A stretch of 64,000 bases of DNA from Selaginella moellendorffii (lineage: Eukaryota > Plantae > Lycopodiophyta). Below the pieces are notes generated by a model. That model was given only the letters and a program-made list of their open reading frames with translations. It had not been told where the DNA came from and made no database searches. The stretch covers positions 1,222,693 through 1,286,692 of the forward strand of contig NW_003314284.1 of the NCBI RefSeq assembly GCF_000143415.4. Direction: 5' to 3'. Positions 13,604 through 27,825 of this stretch are shown here, in pieces. The stretch's first letter is position 1. Each line of letters opens with the position of its first letter. The position numbers were made by a program, and so were the translations under genes.

Positions 13604-14299
13604 ACCTTTTCAATTAATACTTCTTGATATATATAGAAATATTTGGTGTTACTTGCTATGCAATGTCATAGTTACTAATGTATTAAATATGGTGAATATA
13701 TATTATAGATAATGAAACAATATTTATTCTTATGGTACATTCTTGAGCCCTAATATATAAAATATTTTTTTGTGTTATGAAAAATGATTGGTTTGCTTTG
13801 AAAAATAATTTTCTATTTTTTAATGTTATCTAAAATATTATTAATACAAAATAGTCGATTGTTTTTATTAATAAAATAGTAAATTAGAATTTTAATAAAT
13901 TATTTAAAATTTTAATAAATATTTTATTATATATAATATCCTAAAAATGATAATAGAAGCTTTTTAATTGTAAATTTTTCATTTAAAAAATTTATAATTT
14001 GGAAATTAGATAAAGTTTATGTATAAAGAAATATTATTTAATATAATTCCATGAAAGTAGTATTTAAAATATTCTTTAATCAATTAATATATTAAAATCT
14101 AACAACCCTTATTGGGCTAAATTGGCCTGTATAAAAGGTGTTAAGAGCCCTCTCAATGTGAGAAAAAGCTTTTGACAAACAAGAATATAATAATATTATT
14201 TTATAAAGCATGATGATCTTGTAAAGAAATCTTTTATATACATTGTGATGATAGAATTTAAAATAACCATATACATTATGATATAATAAAATAGAGCTT

Positions 14300-14640
14300 T
14301 ATGTAATGCTGATGAATACAAGTGCCTTCATGGTAAAGCTCTAAATTATGGTCTAATGTTTAGAAATATTATGTGCAAGATTGCTCACACAAATTCCATA
14401 TGTAGAGAATGTTCTCCAAGGACCATGTTAAAAGTATCAAGTAAGGAACTAGAATGTAGAGGCTAAAGTTTAAATATAATTATTGATCTTCCCATCCTAC
14501 TAGAGAGGTAAAACTCCATAGGTGATTAAACCTTTCTTTCTCAGTATATAGGGAGGATGAACACTTTATCAATCAGATTTATATGACAATCCTCACTGAT
14601 ATGGATGGTATATAGGTTTATATTGATGATAAGTAATAAT
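14300..14640 (+). mobile_element. Highly decayed LTR-retroelement remnant (gag Zn-knuckle-like and RT YIDD fragment)
   Basis: 'FRNIMCKIAHTNSICREC' resembles a gag knuckle. 'INQIYMTILTDMDGI*VYIDD' resembles the RT active-site region. Confidence 0.35.
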
Positions 14641-15493
14641 ATTATTGTTAAAAAAAATAATTAAAGAAAAGTTTACAAGGAAAAAACTAAATTAAGGAGC
14701 ATACTAGAATACTTTAAATATATACCTTCCTCTTTCAGATTTTTAAAAGCAAAGAAAAAAAAACTATATTATTTTAATGTACTAAAGTTTTAGTATTTAT
14801 AATTTTTTCCATCGGATTAAAGAACATAATTTCTTCAAACACTGGCTCAGAGGATTTTGTGAGCTGCCTCCAACCTCAATAAGGTAAATTATGTTTATTA
14901 AGGTTTCAATACACTTTTAGCTATGTTTTATAGATCAAAGTCACATGGAGTTTATAAAATTGGAGGCTTTAAGGTGGTATCAGCCATTAAATTCTAATGT
15001 AATAAAAGTGTTGATTATTAATATTTAATATTATCTTTCTACAGTCTTCTATTCGAATTGGCTTTTCATACACCCTTAATATTATTATGATGCCTCCATA
15101 CAAAACAATGTAAAAATAGGTGTTAGCTTTTAGGAAGTTAGTTTAAAATTAATTAGCTTTCATGATTGACACTTTTAGTAGTAGTAATAAATAATCCCAA
15201 TGTATAGTTACATAAAAATTATATAATAAATAGTGGTATCTCTTTTGTATTAACTTATAAAACTTTTTTTATCATATAATTTATAATAAAACTCAAACAG
15301 TATCTTGATATAGCTTGCTGTATAATATATTTTCTTTGATGATAAACATACTATACTATATAGTCATTTTCAATTAAATTTAGATTGCATCTATTTCATA
15401 ACAAGTGGTATAAAACTGTGTTTAACAAAAAAAATTTAAAAGACAAATTCAGAATTTTTTTATCAATTAGTTTGATCATGAAATATCATAAAC

Positions 15494-18400
15494 TATGAAT
15501 GCATGGAATATGGAAATAAAATACAGAAATATACACATCAATTAGCACAATTTAATAGCTTATATAGCTTATATATATAAAAGTGTGTGGTTCAAATTGA
15601 AACCAATCCAATGGTTATCAAAATCCTATTATGCTAATATTAATATGTGGCATCATAGTTGTACACTTGGATCTCATATCATCCCCTCGTCTTAGAATGA
15701 TGGAAGACAGTCAGAGTTCTCAAGTGTACAAGTCAGGATCTAGAGGAACATTATGAGGAGGCATTAGTGGATGTGAAGATAGTGCTAGTTGGTCCTGATC
15801 CCTTTATACAAAGTGTTTTAGTTATTACATATGCATAATTTTTGGAGGATCAACTTATTAGATGTTATGCTAGACCTTATAAACTTGCAGTCTAACTTGT
15901 TGCAACATCTGATACAGTCCCTTCCACTAAGTAAAAAGCCCTTTAGACAAACCACATACCATACAATTGGGAAAATTAATATTAAGTCATCCCACTTTAC
16001 ACTCAATAAATGGATGATGATGAGAGTTATAACACCATTGTTGTCCCACTTATACGGGGCTTAGGTATTTGGCAAATTCTACTTCGATTAGTGGAAGAAT
16101 GCTCATTAAATACTGATCCCAAAACTTAACATTGGTAGCTTGTGGCAATCACAAAATAAACTCAACTTCTTTGGTAGTATCAAATCATGAATATATAAAA
16201 TTTTATATAGTGAAGCACTAATAGAAATTTGCACCCTTATAACATATGCATACCGAAAAGATGGCAAATAATCATCTCAGTCCGAATGCTGAAAGTTCAT
16301 ATACTTCACAATTATTCATTTGAAATTTTGAATGAGATGTTCCACCAAACCATCTTTATTAATCAAAAGAATTCACTCTAGAAAGGAATGTTGGAACACC
16401 ATTTAATTGAGGAACAGTAGGTTCAAATACTAATAAGAGCATCAACTTTTACCCAGCAAGTCAAATAGTCAAAGGCAATAATAACATATATATTGCTAGT
16501 AGCCGACCGTCAAACACTACAACTACATAATCACGGCATTGGGCAAGGCTAGCCACATCGAAAGCCCCATTAGATTAAATGCGACTAACTCAAATAGATG
16601 AAAAATTGCAATTGACTCTAACCATCCTTTGCAATATAAGGAGGAATATTACAAAGTTGGCACTAAATATAACTACAGATATACTAGATAATATCATGCA
16701 TAACCACCCTTGGTTATGCTCTTCGATTCTTATGGTTTGATTTTATCCCTCTCTAGCCAATAGAAAGATCTATGCAACTTCTTAGTCACACAACAATGTC
16801 CCATATGCCTGCTTAGAAAAGGAGAATTATGGTAAATATGGAGAAAGCATAGAATAAATATTAAAGGCATTTGCAGTCATAAATGATCATCAAGATCTGT
16901 CCCCACAAAATAAAGAAGATCATCCTCAAGGTGATATTAAAAATATAAATTCTGAAATATTAACAAGTGATGCAAGATTGTCAAACTTATCACAAAGCAT
17001 TCGAATCCACAATTTAATCTTTTGAGCCTTACGAACTTTATTAAAATAAGGTAAACCTTGCTCCACACTTTATGAATATTAAACATCAAGTATAGTAATC
17101 ACCACAAAATCCTCATCCAAAAAATCCATAAATATTGGAATAACAAACTCATTAGAAACATGAGAAGAGAGCGAAAAAGGAAGAAAAGTTTGAAAAAGGG
17201 TATTAGCATCAGTTATAAAACTCCCTAGGTGATGAACAACATTGAAATCATATAATTGAAGTTTTAAAGCCCATCGAGTAGTACGACCAACCAAGTTCTT
17301 CTGCAATATGATCACTTCTAGTAATGTCCAAGAACTATGTAAATATGAATGAAGTCTTTTAAAACCCCATACTATTGCTAAACACTCTTTCTCTGTTGTG
17401 CAGTAGTTCACCTCTGCTAGTTGTAATGTACAATTAATGTATGCAATAGGATAGTGCTAACTAAGCACACTCAAGCTCTTTTGCATCAACATACTTCCAA
17501 AACCGATATTAAAAACATTCATGTACAAAATGAAAGGTCGAGTGTAGTTAGAATACGCTAAAACTGAAGGAGTCATCAACAGCTCTTTAAGATCCATAAA
17601 TGCCTGCTCACAATCCATGGACTACATGAAAGATGATATGAACAACTTTAACAATGGTGCAATATGATCAAAAAAATGATCAACAAAACGGTTGAGATAT
17701 TGCACCTTGCATAAGAAGCATTGCACATCATTCACACACTTAGGAGTAAAGAATTTAAGAACAGCCACAAGTTTATTATGATCGACTTGTAAATCTTCAC
17801 AAAAAATATGGTACTCAAGATAAGTGATGTCCTTAGATCCAAATACGCACTTTAATCATTTTAGCTCTTCAACTTTAAACTAACTTCCCGCAACCAATCT
17901 AACACTTACGGATATGTTCCTCTCACGTCCCCTCCGAGTGTATCAATACATCATTAATGAAGTTAAATCACCTCCGGCATATCGTAAAGAACTTCATCCA
18001 TCATTCACTAGAAAATCACTAGAGCGTTGTTTAAACCAAATGGCATCAATAAGCACTCATACAAACCAAAAGATGTATGAAAAAAACAATATCTTTCTCT
18101 ACTATCTACACTTATTAGTACCTAGAAGAAAAATTTAATTTGGTGAATTAACAACTTCTCCCCAGACAATCTAAGAGATTAGTAGTGTGAGAAAGAGGGT
18201 ATATATCTCATTTAATATACGATAGTCGATGTAAAAATAAATACTCCTATCAAGCTTCGTCACAAAATTAAGTTCACACCCCCAAGGACTTCGTGACTTC
18301 CAAATAACACCTTTTTCCAACATCTCCTTAATGTTTGTATATAAAATTTTAATCTCTTTTGGTGACTAACAATAAATAGGAACTTTTGGACGAGCATCCC

Positions 18401-20626
18401 TAGTTGGAATAGGATAATATGTTGCAATCTTGGCTCTGAATAATAGCTCAAATTCAAAGAGATCAATATACTCCTTTATGAGCCAGTCAACTGCTACAAC
18501 ATAAAAACTGTCAGAAAAAAATGGAAATATAAGAGGAAATAATAAGGAAACCAAAGTGATGGAAACAAAGGTAAAAACAAAAGGATAAAAAGGAATAGAA
18601 ATGAGAGGAATGAAAGAAATAAAAAAAATATGAGACAAGGGGAAAAAGCTTTAAAGTCACATTTGGCATAATTGTGCCACACAACCAATCCATATCAAGG
18701 ATGAGGTTAAAAGCTTGACTCGACACCATTTGCAATGATTGTAACTTAAACTCAAGATTACCCACATGCACAACTAGGTCCAACTCATCCCATGCACATA
18801 TATGTGCACGACTGTTGCCATAAAAAATGAAAACTAGCTTTGGTGCACAACATAAATATAGATAGCAACATGTGGCAATAGGCTGAGCAATAGAAAATAA
18901 ACTCAAATCTATATCAAATAACATAAAGAGAATAATATAAAAACCTTTTGTTATAAAAACAAGCTTGGATAATAAACACTAGATGAATTGGTGCTGAATG
19001 AACCCCTTAATGATACTCTCAAAAGATAAATAGAGGGGCTACTGACTTATTCGCACAAGGACCTTATACTACTCACACAAGTCCTTATTTCCTGGAAGCA
19101 TTTTGGTGTCTAGACCTTCTACTATAACAGCACCAACAAATCTCTACCCAAGAAATGAATGTTGCCAATCCAAAGAACACCAACAATATCAATAAGTGTG
19201 ACTAACTTTATCACATACTCAGTAACAAGCATCACAAGCCTAACCACATCCTCGCTCTTGTCTTTGAACTCAAGTAGTAGCAACATCAACCTTCATTGGA
19301 ACATAACCATCTCTCATAAAAACTAGAGCTAAAAGATGTATAGCAAGAAGTGGAAGAATTGATATTTTATAATATTGTGCCAAGTGAAAAGCATCATCAA
19401 GGGTGGCTGGAGCAAGTGCATGCATAAATGTTACAAAATCTTGATAAAATGTTGGCCACAACATTGTTAACTTGCTCCATTTTGACATATTTAGCTTCGC
19501 ACGAAGTATGAAGTTTCAGAAACGAATGCCAAATTGCATCATTAACTCAAATGGCCCTTGATGAAGATAATGCAATTATTGGAAAGCATCAATACAATCG
19601 TCAACATGTCCAAATGCATATTTGAAAATATCTAGGAAAATGCTCCAATCTGCACAAGCTCAAACCATTATACCACTATAGTATTGTCCTTTGGAAACAC
19701 GTGGGAAACTCATGTAAACACTAAACATCATCCCAAGAATGATATGTGGCAATCACCGTAAAATAATCTAATCAATAGTACATATCATCCCCAAGATTCA
19801 CATGGTAAAACTTTGGCCAAATACGAGGATTAGCAACAAGAGCAAAAGGAGTTATACCACACAATGTTGTATAAACAACCAAAGAAAATAACTCGAGAAA
19901 TGATCCACAAAGATTTAAATATAAAGCGAAAAGACCCATGAATAAAAGTGCACCCTTTTTTCTAATTAGTTAAGAATCTTGGGATATTCAGGGTTAAGTG
20001 TCATTGGGTTTAAATAGGTTGGGTTTTACATTGTCTCAAGTTCAATTTTGTTGGTTGGATAAAAAAATCACACTATATGTTAATTGACATTTAGTAGGTT
20101 TAATTTGCTCCAGCTGGGCTCAACCCAAGAATAAGGTGTCAAAAGAGTGGGGCTTTTAGGCTGTGGTTCTCAACTTCCATTCATGAGAGTGTGAATTTAT
20201 AAAGAAGTGTGGTAGATTATAAAGAATCCCATAAATAATAGTGCACTTTTTTTTCCAATTAGTTAATAGTAGGGTTAAATGTCCTTGGGTTTGAATAATA
20301 CTAGGTTGGTTAACTTTCAAGGAAGTCTAAACTCAAAAGTTTACATGCTACCATCAACTGATAAAAAAGTTATAAAGAAAGGGAAATCTAGATAGTGCAA
20401 TCTAAACCAAAATCCTAAATGAAACCACTTCTTAGGGACAATCAAAGCTACCTCTCATCTCCACTAATGTGAATACATAAAATATGGAAATGAAATATAA
20501 AACTGTGCATATCAATTAGCCTAAAACTCTAATTTATATACAAATTGAAACCAATTCGACGACTATCAAAATTGGGCTATACTAATATTAGTATAGGGCA
20601 TTGTAGCCATATATTTGGACCTCACA
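15494..20626 (-). mobile_element. Full-length but decayed short-LTR Ty3/gypsy element, same family as 43997-56552
   Basis: 5' LTR 20626-20468 and 3' LTR 15678-15494. PPT at 15679-15693, PBS at 20467-20451. Gag, protease, RT and RNase H ('NYCTTEKECLAIVWGFKRLHSYL') and integrase remnants are colinear with the 44-56 kb element. Flanks AAAC/AAAT may be a decayed TSD. Confidence 0.85.
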
Positions 20627-21281
20627 AAATGTTATTACATATATACATCACAATAAAATAAATAAAAACATAAATAAGTTGTATAAAAAATTAATTTTAT
20701 ATAATTCACTAAATAAATAATTTGTTTGTTTTACTAATATTATAGCTTTTAGTATTAATAAAATTATAGCACTGCAAGTATTTATGTGCAGATTAATGCT
20801 CTTCTCAACTCTTTTTCACTAGCACTACATATGACCCACTTGAGGGACTATTCAAAAGCATTAACTTACTTTAAAGTTAGTATTCATAAATGTATAGATG
20901 ATCTGATATATTTATAAATAAATATGAGTGTTTATTTTTGTAATACATGAGTGTTGAACATATGTATTCTATTTTATTTTTGTTATCTTGCAATTCATTT
21001 CTAACTCACATTTATCACATGCAATTGACTTTTTGTAAAAGTAAATATTTCGTAAAATTTAATATCTTATAATTTATTAATTATATATTTATATTATTTG
21101 CATTTAAGATTCAAGCTAAGCTAATATTACCTTACTTTTATTTTGAGATTAAATTTATAAATTTTATAGTTAAGTGTTATATTACTAAAATTTTTATGAA
21201 TATATCTGTGAGAACGAGAACACAAAAAAGTGAGAACGTTTTTGACTTAAGTGATGTGTAATATCTGTACTTTGATGCAAG

Positions 21282-22422
21282 GACGATCCATGGGTGCTGG
21301 AATTTGTCGACTTCACAGGTAGAGGTCGCTGGGAAATTTGGTACCTGTTCATTCTAGAAATGATGATGGTGCACAGGTTTATTCGAGAGTATGCTCCAAA
21401 GATGAGCGAAACTTCTCCAGAATACGCTTACGTCTCCAAGACTGGAAGGAGAAGGGCCATAAACAGTGCGCTGCTTGGGATAGCAAGGTTTCAAGCTTTG
21501 CAAGCTACCTTAAAGAAAGCACCGGAGCATCCAGAGAAACTTCTCCAGTATTCCTATGTTTCGAGCACACCAGCTGGGTTCTTGGTTCTTCAATCGCTGG
21601 CAGTAGACTTTTGGGGTGGCAGGATGGAGCTAAGCTCTCATGAGAACTCGCAGGTCCCGAAAAACAACGAACTCACTTCAAGCGGCTATATAGTTGGCAC
21701 GGATGGTAGCATCTACTTTCGAAAATGGATGGACTCAGAGACGTAGAACCGCGCAGAGTCCATAGCATTTTGGAGGCAAAGACTGGGAGGAGGCATGGTT
21801 CTGGGAACGAATCACATAGTTGGAGGCTTGAGTCAGCTGGAGAGGGCAGTGGAGGAATGCAAGGAGCAAAACAGGGAGCTTGAGTTGACGAAAGCAACCA
21901 TTGACGGGGCTATAATCGCAGGAATTCCAGAAAACATTTATCTTTTCAAGGTACGCCACCTTTTCTAGCGGTGGAAGTTTTAGTGTCGTGTTTTTGTTTT
22001 GGCGGGAACTTATGTCCCCTTTGCTAGCGATGGAGCTTAAGAAACTTAAAGAATGGAAAGAGCCACCAAAGACACTGGCGTTCTTGGCGTGCTTTTATGG
22101 TGCCTTATACTTGTACGTACTTGGAAGAACTCTTCTCGTTCATTTTTAACTATATATCTTTTGTAGGAGCTGGCTGCGCTACGTTTTTCTCAGTGTTTTA
22201 CTTATCAGTAGCATCGGAGTTTTGGCACTGCGAGGTGTGAGAGCCAGTGGACACGTAGAGCTGGACTTTGGAAAAGTTACAATCCAGGAACAACCTCCCT
22301 CCAACACACTCCAAAAGATAATCTCCCTGAAGGAAGCACTGGCTCAACCCGAGACGTTCCTCCAGAACGTCAACGTAGCTCTCTTGAAGCTCCAGAGGAT
22401 TGCTCTCTCCAGCAATCCAAAG
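21282..22422 (+). pseudogene. DUF639-family protein, truncated pseudogene
   Basis: 'WVLEFVDFTGRGRWEIWYLFILEMMMVHRFIREY', 'AINSALLGIARFQALQ', 'LERAV..ATIDGAIIAGIPENIYLFK' and 'QPPSNTLQKIISLKEAL'. In-frame TAG at 21744-21746. No upstream or downstream exons evident. Confidence 0.72.
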
Positions 22423-23228
22423 GTAGTCTCTAACTTCCCTTCTTCCCTTCTTTCGTTTTGTTGATCTTGTGTTTCTTGGTTTGAGTTTTCCAGGCGACCA
22501 ACTTGGCCCAACTCTTTTACGTTCAATTTTAGCCTCGGGTCCATCAAAACTGAGACGCAGTGTTTGTTTATCCTGAAAAGCATTTCACTCTGCAACTTTT
22601 ATTACTTCAACCCTTTTTATTTTATTTTATTTTATTATTTATATATTTATTTACTTTGAAGTTCATAAATTTGAACTTAATAAATATTATATCAATTTAA
22701 TTTTTTTAAAATGCTATTAAAATACTACAAACCTTTGTACAGTATTATTGCTTAAAATTTCTTTTTTATGATATCTGTAATAAGATAGTAGAGCTTTGAT
22801 AAAATTTCAAAATTTATTATTGATATTTATGGATAAATATTTTGATGGTGTATTGCCTTAATTTTTAAGTCTTCTCAATGCACATTACCCCAAGGAGTAT
22901 AATAATTCTTGTCAACTGCATTAATATGTAAAATTCATCTAGATGCACATTTTATTTGTTAGAACAAGTTACAATATCCATAAACTTTTTAAAGATCTTT
23001 GGATTGAAAACAAGAAGATCATTATACAAATAAAAAACTCATAACTTTGTAACTTTGTTGGAGAACGAAATAAATAACATCTTCCACGCCTGATCCTAAT
23101 AGGGTTTACAATAGAATATGCTCTGCCAGGTTATTGAGATTCTATCTTAAAACCCTACGCCCTATTTTAGGGTTTGGTTGTACTCAGCGCAGGGAGCGGG
23201 TGCGGCTCGGCGCTTTGCTGCTGCTCAA

Positions 23229-25576
23229 ATGCTCGCGTCGCCGCAGCTGCGGGCCTTCAATGACATAAGAATTCGATTTGTCTCGGGAGCGGGGAGAGAT
23301 GCGGCGGCAGCATCAGGAATCGATGTCACGGCCAGGCTGCGCTGCGATCAGCGCGGCTCGTTTGTGGAGTTTGTGGGGCATTTTTCAGAGAGGGATGAAG
23401 CTCCAGCTCCTTTCCAGGAGCAATTTTACTTGCAGCGCTGTCAGGTAAGCCTTCACGGCATTATCTAATTTTGTTATTGATTTTTTTCCTTTGGCTGGTA
23501 GATTTTTAGAATAGGCCCATCGACTCAGCTTTGGATTGTGAATACTGTCGAGGATGAAGCAAACGAGGTAGAGTATTTGGTTCCTCTAGTGCTTTGATGC
23601 TAGATATTTTGTAGGCTGTGTATCCTAGAACGTTTACCGCGGAATTCAAGTCAGAAGAGTCGAGCGACACATTTTTTGATGCGATCCACAGCCCGAATAA
23701 GGGTTTTTTTCTATCTTTTGAAACAGAAGTCATTACTGAGGACGATGTCTCTGTTGCAGCAATGAAACTGCCTAATGGCTCTACAGAAGTCGCGAAGGAT
23801 TCCAGTAAGTTTGATAAGAAGATCGAAGCGTCGTCTGCCAAGATGTATTTCCACTACTATGGACAACTCCTCCATCAACAAAATATGTTACAGGACTACG
23901 TGAGAACAGGTTTTCCCTTTTCTCAGCGAAACAATGCGATTCGGTTTTCAAGTCAGGGTTCTCTTTTTATTATGACCAGGCACTTATTATGCCGCTGTGG
24001 TGGAGAATCGTGCGGACTTTCAGGGCCGAGTTGTGGTTGATGTCGGCGCTGGAAGTGGCATATTATCTCTGTTTGCTGCTCAGGTAAGTTACTTTAACTT
24101 CTCGAGAATCTCCTTTTGTGTTTCTAAGTCTTTTGGTCGAAGGCTGGTGCGAAGCATGTCTACGCAGTAGAGGCTTCATCCATGGCAGATTATGCACGAA
24201 AACTGATTGCTGGCAACCATGTGTTATCTCAGCGCATAACAGTAAGCATTGCAGGTTTATCAACCTTAAACTCATGTCACTGTGGCCAGGTAATTCACGG
24301 TAAAGTGGAAGATGTCGAACTTCCGGAAAAAGCAGATGTTCTTATTTCCGAGCCCATGGGTGAGCTCTTGGAGGTGCTTGTGTGTTTTACAGCCTTCTTT
24401 TTGCTATTGCAGGAACTTTGCTTGTAAACGAGCGAATGCTAGAGTCGTATATCATCGCTAGAGACCGGTTTTTGGTCCCTGGCGGGAAAATGTTTCCTGG
24501 TCTTGGGAGGTGAGTTTTTTGTCCCTCAATACTTGCTCTCAGTGGGATACCTGTATTCTCAGAATCCACATGGCTCCCTTCAGCGATGAATACCTTTTCG
24601 TCGAGATTGCTAATAAGGTACACTTATCTTGAGGATAGTCTTCTAAATTGCATCCTGGTGTATCGACAGGCACTGTTTTGGCAACAACAGAGCTACTACG
24701 GTGTAGACCTGACCCCTTTGCATAATGCCGCATTTCAAGGCTATTTTTCTCAGGTACCACTATTCAGTTCTTCATTGTTGCTGTGGTCTAAATAGTATGT
24801 GCAGCCCGTAGTTGATGCATTTGATCCACGACTTCTCGTTGCGCCTCCAGCCATGCATTCTCTTGATCTGACTTCCATGAAGGTATGAAATATCGGCTTT
24901 GTACTGGAAATTGTGGCAATGCATCTGACTGCAGCTTGTTAGGAAGAAGATTTGTACGACATTGTCATTCCTTTAACCTTTACAGCAACAATGGCTGCAA
25001 GAGTTCACGGCATAGCCTGCTGGTTTGACGTCCTCTTCAATGGAAGGTAAGGATGCATTTTAGGAATTTCTTAAAACATGCTTGATCTTCTCGTTATTTG
25101 CAGTACTATCCCGAGATGGCTGACAACGGCCCCTGGAGCACCAACGACGCATTGGTATCAACTGAGGCTTGTGCTCTCTCAACCTTTGTACGTTATGGCC
25201 GGACAGACAATCACAACGCGGTTGCATTTGTCGGCGCACAGTGCTCAGAGCTATACAATAAATCTCAGCATGTCAAGTAAGTTGTTTGCTTGGAAAACGT
25301 CTTGAATCCTCTGAAATCCGCTTCTCTTGTAGCCACATCATGGGGAGCCGGGGCTGGCCAAGGTGCAACCATCCAGAGCTCTTCTGGAAAGTTTGATCTC
25401 AAGGAACCATACTATAGAATGTCCCAAATGCCAGCTTATACGTGGACTCAAGAACAACAGGTAGCTCTTTCTTTTGCTCTTTCTGAAACTCTTCTCTAAT
25501 CTGTTCAATGCAACAGTTGCAAGATGGAGCTGGGGTGTCACTTCAAGGAGCACAAATGTCACCTTACGGAGCGTAA
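23229..25576 (+). CDS. PRMT4: Protein arginine methyltransferase PRMT4/CARM1, multi-exon
   Basis: '[27 protein letters not shown]', SAM motif '[18 protein letters not shown]', '[18 protein letters not shown]' and THW loop '[12 protein letters not shown]'. Start and last exon are less certain. Telo-boxes (TAGGGTTT) at ~23099 and ~23168. Confidence 0.92.
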
Positions 25577-26164
25577 TCACCGCCAAGCTTGTAGCTTGTG
25601 GACAATAATGACAGCGATTGATTAACCGCGGCTGGTTTCTCCTTGCCGCCGGCCTTGACCACTCACAAATGCTAGACTCTACTATTTTTCCGCCGCCAAT
25701 TCACCAAGTCTTAAAGGTGAGCCAAGGTTTTCTCGCTGATGGTATTTGCACCTCTACGTTACAGAAGTTTTCATGTCGATGGCTCTCCAGCGGCTGCTAT
25801 AGCTATGGAAGCTGAGAGATTGCTCAAAGTTTAGAGAGGTTCTTGGGCAGGGTGGAGATTATACCATGGACTGAAGTGTTGATCAGAGACTCGGCTTTTA
25901 GAAGCAGTGGGTACGCGAGAAGAGAATTAGCCCGGCACGTGGCAGAAAGAGCCAAAAGGGTGCCACGTGGTACTGGCCGAAGCAAAAGCATCCTAGCCGT
26001 CAGCTTCTTAAATTTTCTGGGAGCGCGGGAGATTCGAACCCCAGCCCCCTGAGTTCTCTAAGCTTTTTTTTAGGGCAGGATTCGAACCATAGCCTAGCGT
26101 TTTTTTCATGAAAATTTCTTGCCGCCCTGGATTCTAGTTGAAGCTTTCGTGGGCGGGGCGCGCC

Positions 26165-27672
26165 ATGGCGAGAGGTGAGTCCAGCAGGATGGGGAGCGCC
26201 AGACGGCGGAGTAGCGCTGGCGATTTCGGCACTCCAGCGCCGACGCAAGCCTCTCAGGAGGGAGGGTCTGGCCCCCAAATGTCCGCGTCGGAGCTACGAT
26301 CGATCAGGTCGTGTTACAGGGATCTCAAAAGTGAAATATCAGGTGCGCGCTCTCTTTCTTTCCTTTTCTTTTTTTAATTTTTTTTTTCTTTCAAACGCTA
26401 CGATCACTTATTCCTTTGTTCGTAGGCGAGAAAGATGACATTGTGCGTGACTCCCAGAAATTTAATGTGCTCATTGGGCGCGTGGATAGTCTCTATAACA
26501 AAGGTATGAACCTTCATTGTGATCTCTTTTCTGGTGAATCATCCCTCGCGTTTTTGTTTTTCTTTCTTTCTTTTTTTTTGTAGTGGAGAGGCCTCGCGAG
26601 CAAATAGCCGACCTGGAAGCTATACGCGATCTTTCGGCTTGCGTTGTTCAATATGCGAAGGGCATGCAGCAAAACGGTGGCCCAACGTCAGCGGACTTTT
26701 GCTCGGTAGCCATCCATAAATGCAAAGACGGCGGTGGCATTGATTGGATGAAGCTCGGCTACGAGGCCTCCGAGTTCATCTGTGACGCTCCTGGGCTCAG
26801 CACCATGTAAGTCTTGTCCTTGTTTGAACCATCATGTCTTAACGAAATGTCGCGTTTTCAAGGGTCGGGCCTATGGACATTGTGCCGAAGCAGAGAAAAA
26901 GGCCTGCACCGAGGACGCGAGAAAAGCCTGGGCCTTCTACCCGTCCTCAAGAAGTGAGTATATCAGCGAATTCGTGAATCAAGTTTTGATTTTTTTGATT
27001 TTTTTGATTTTTTTTCTTTCTTTCTTTTGTCTTTCTCCGTTCCAGGTCGAAGCAGTAGAAAATATGAGTACTGAGACGGACAAAAACATTGAAACCATGT
27101 TCAGGATTTTGCGGACTCACAAGCGTGTGCGGTTCGAGGCGCTCGTTTTAAAAAGGAAGAGCTTTGCGCAAACAATCGAGAACATCTTCGCATTGTCTTT
27201 CCTTGTGAAAGACGGGAGGGTGGAGATCAGCTGTGACAATGGTGTTATCCACATAGGTACATGTCTCTCAGCAGACTTTCTGGTTGCTGAATGATCTCTT
27301 CTCTCTGCAGTCCCCAAGAACGCACCCAGTAAGGATGACCGCGCTAGCGGTAACGTTGTCAACACGCAGTTTGTACTGCGATTGGATTATCAGGACTGGG
27401 TGGTAAGACAACTTATGTCCCTCTTTCTGGTTTGGCTGACGCTTTCCCTTTCCATCCAGACTATGCATCAATCACTCGACGAGAATCAGGAGCTAATGCC
27501 GGACCGAGTCGAGTCCGCGGCGGCTGCTACTGTGACGCCGATCCGGAAGACATCCCGGAACCGAGCCAGGGAGACAGTCCCAGGCAGCCAATCTCAAGCT
27601 AACGAGCAGGAAGAAGAAGAGGGGAGCCAGAGGCGGCCGAGGAAATCACGCCGCCTCCGCTTGGAGAGTTAA
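26165..27672 (+). CDS. NSE4: SMC5/6 complex kleisin subunit NSE4, multi-exon
   Basis: 'RSIRSCYRDL', 'VERPREQIADLEA', 'TETDKNIETMFRIL', 'SFAQTIENIFALSFLVKDGRVEI', 'LRLDYQDW' and 'TPIRKTSRNR'. Canonical short introns. Stop at 27670-27672. Confidence 0.9.
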
Positions 27673-27825
27673 CTGATCAACGACGCCAAGTTGTCAACCC
27701 TGTACAGCCATTTTGTAAAGTCTTAACCACGAGAGAGTAAGTGCCCAGGATCTGATGGCTCGATCGCGATTTCTTTTTGACGATTACTTGGTAACTTGGC
27801 AAACATTTTGGCAAAGCTTTTTTGA

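Noticed and set aside
19880-20340. Short imperfect direct repeats in the gypsy 5' UTR, absent from the sibling copy (possible nested TRIM)
   Set aside because: Termini, PBS and TSD could not be defined.
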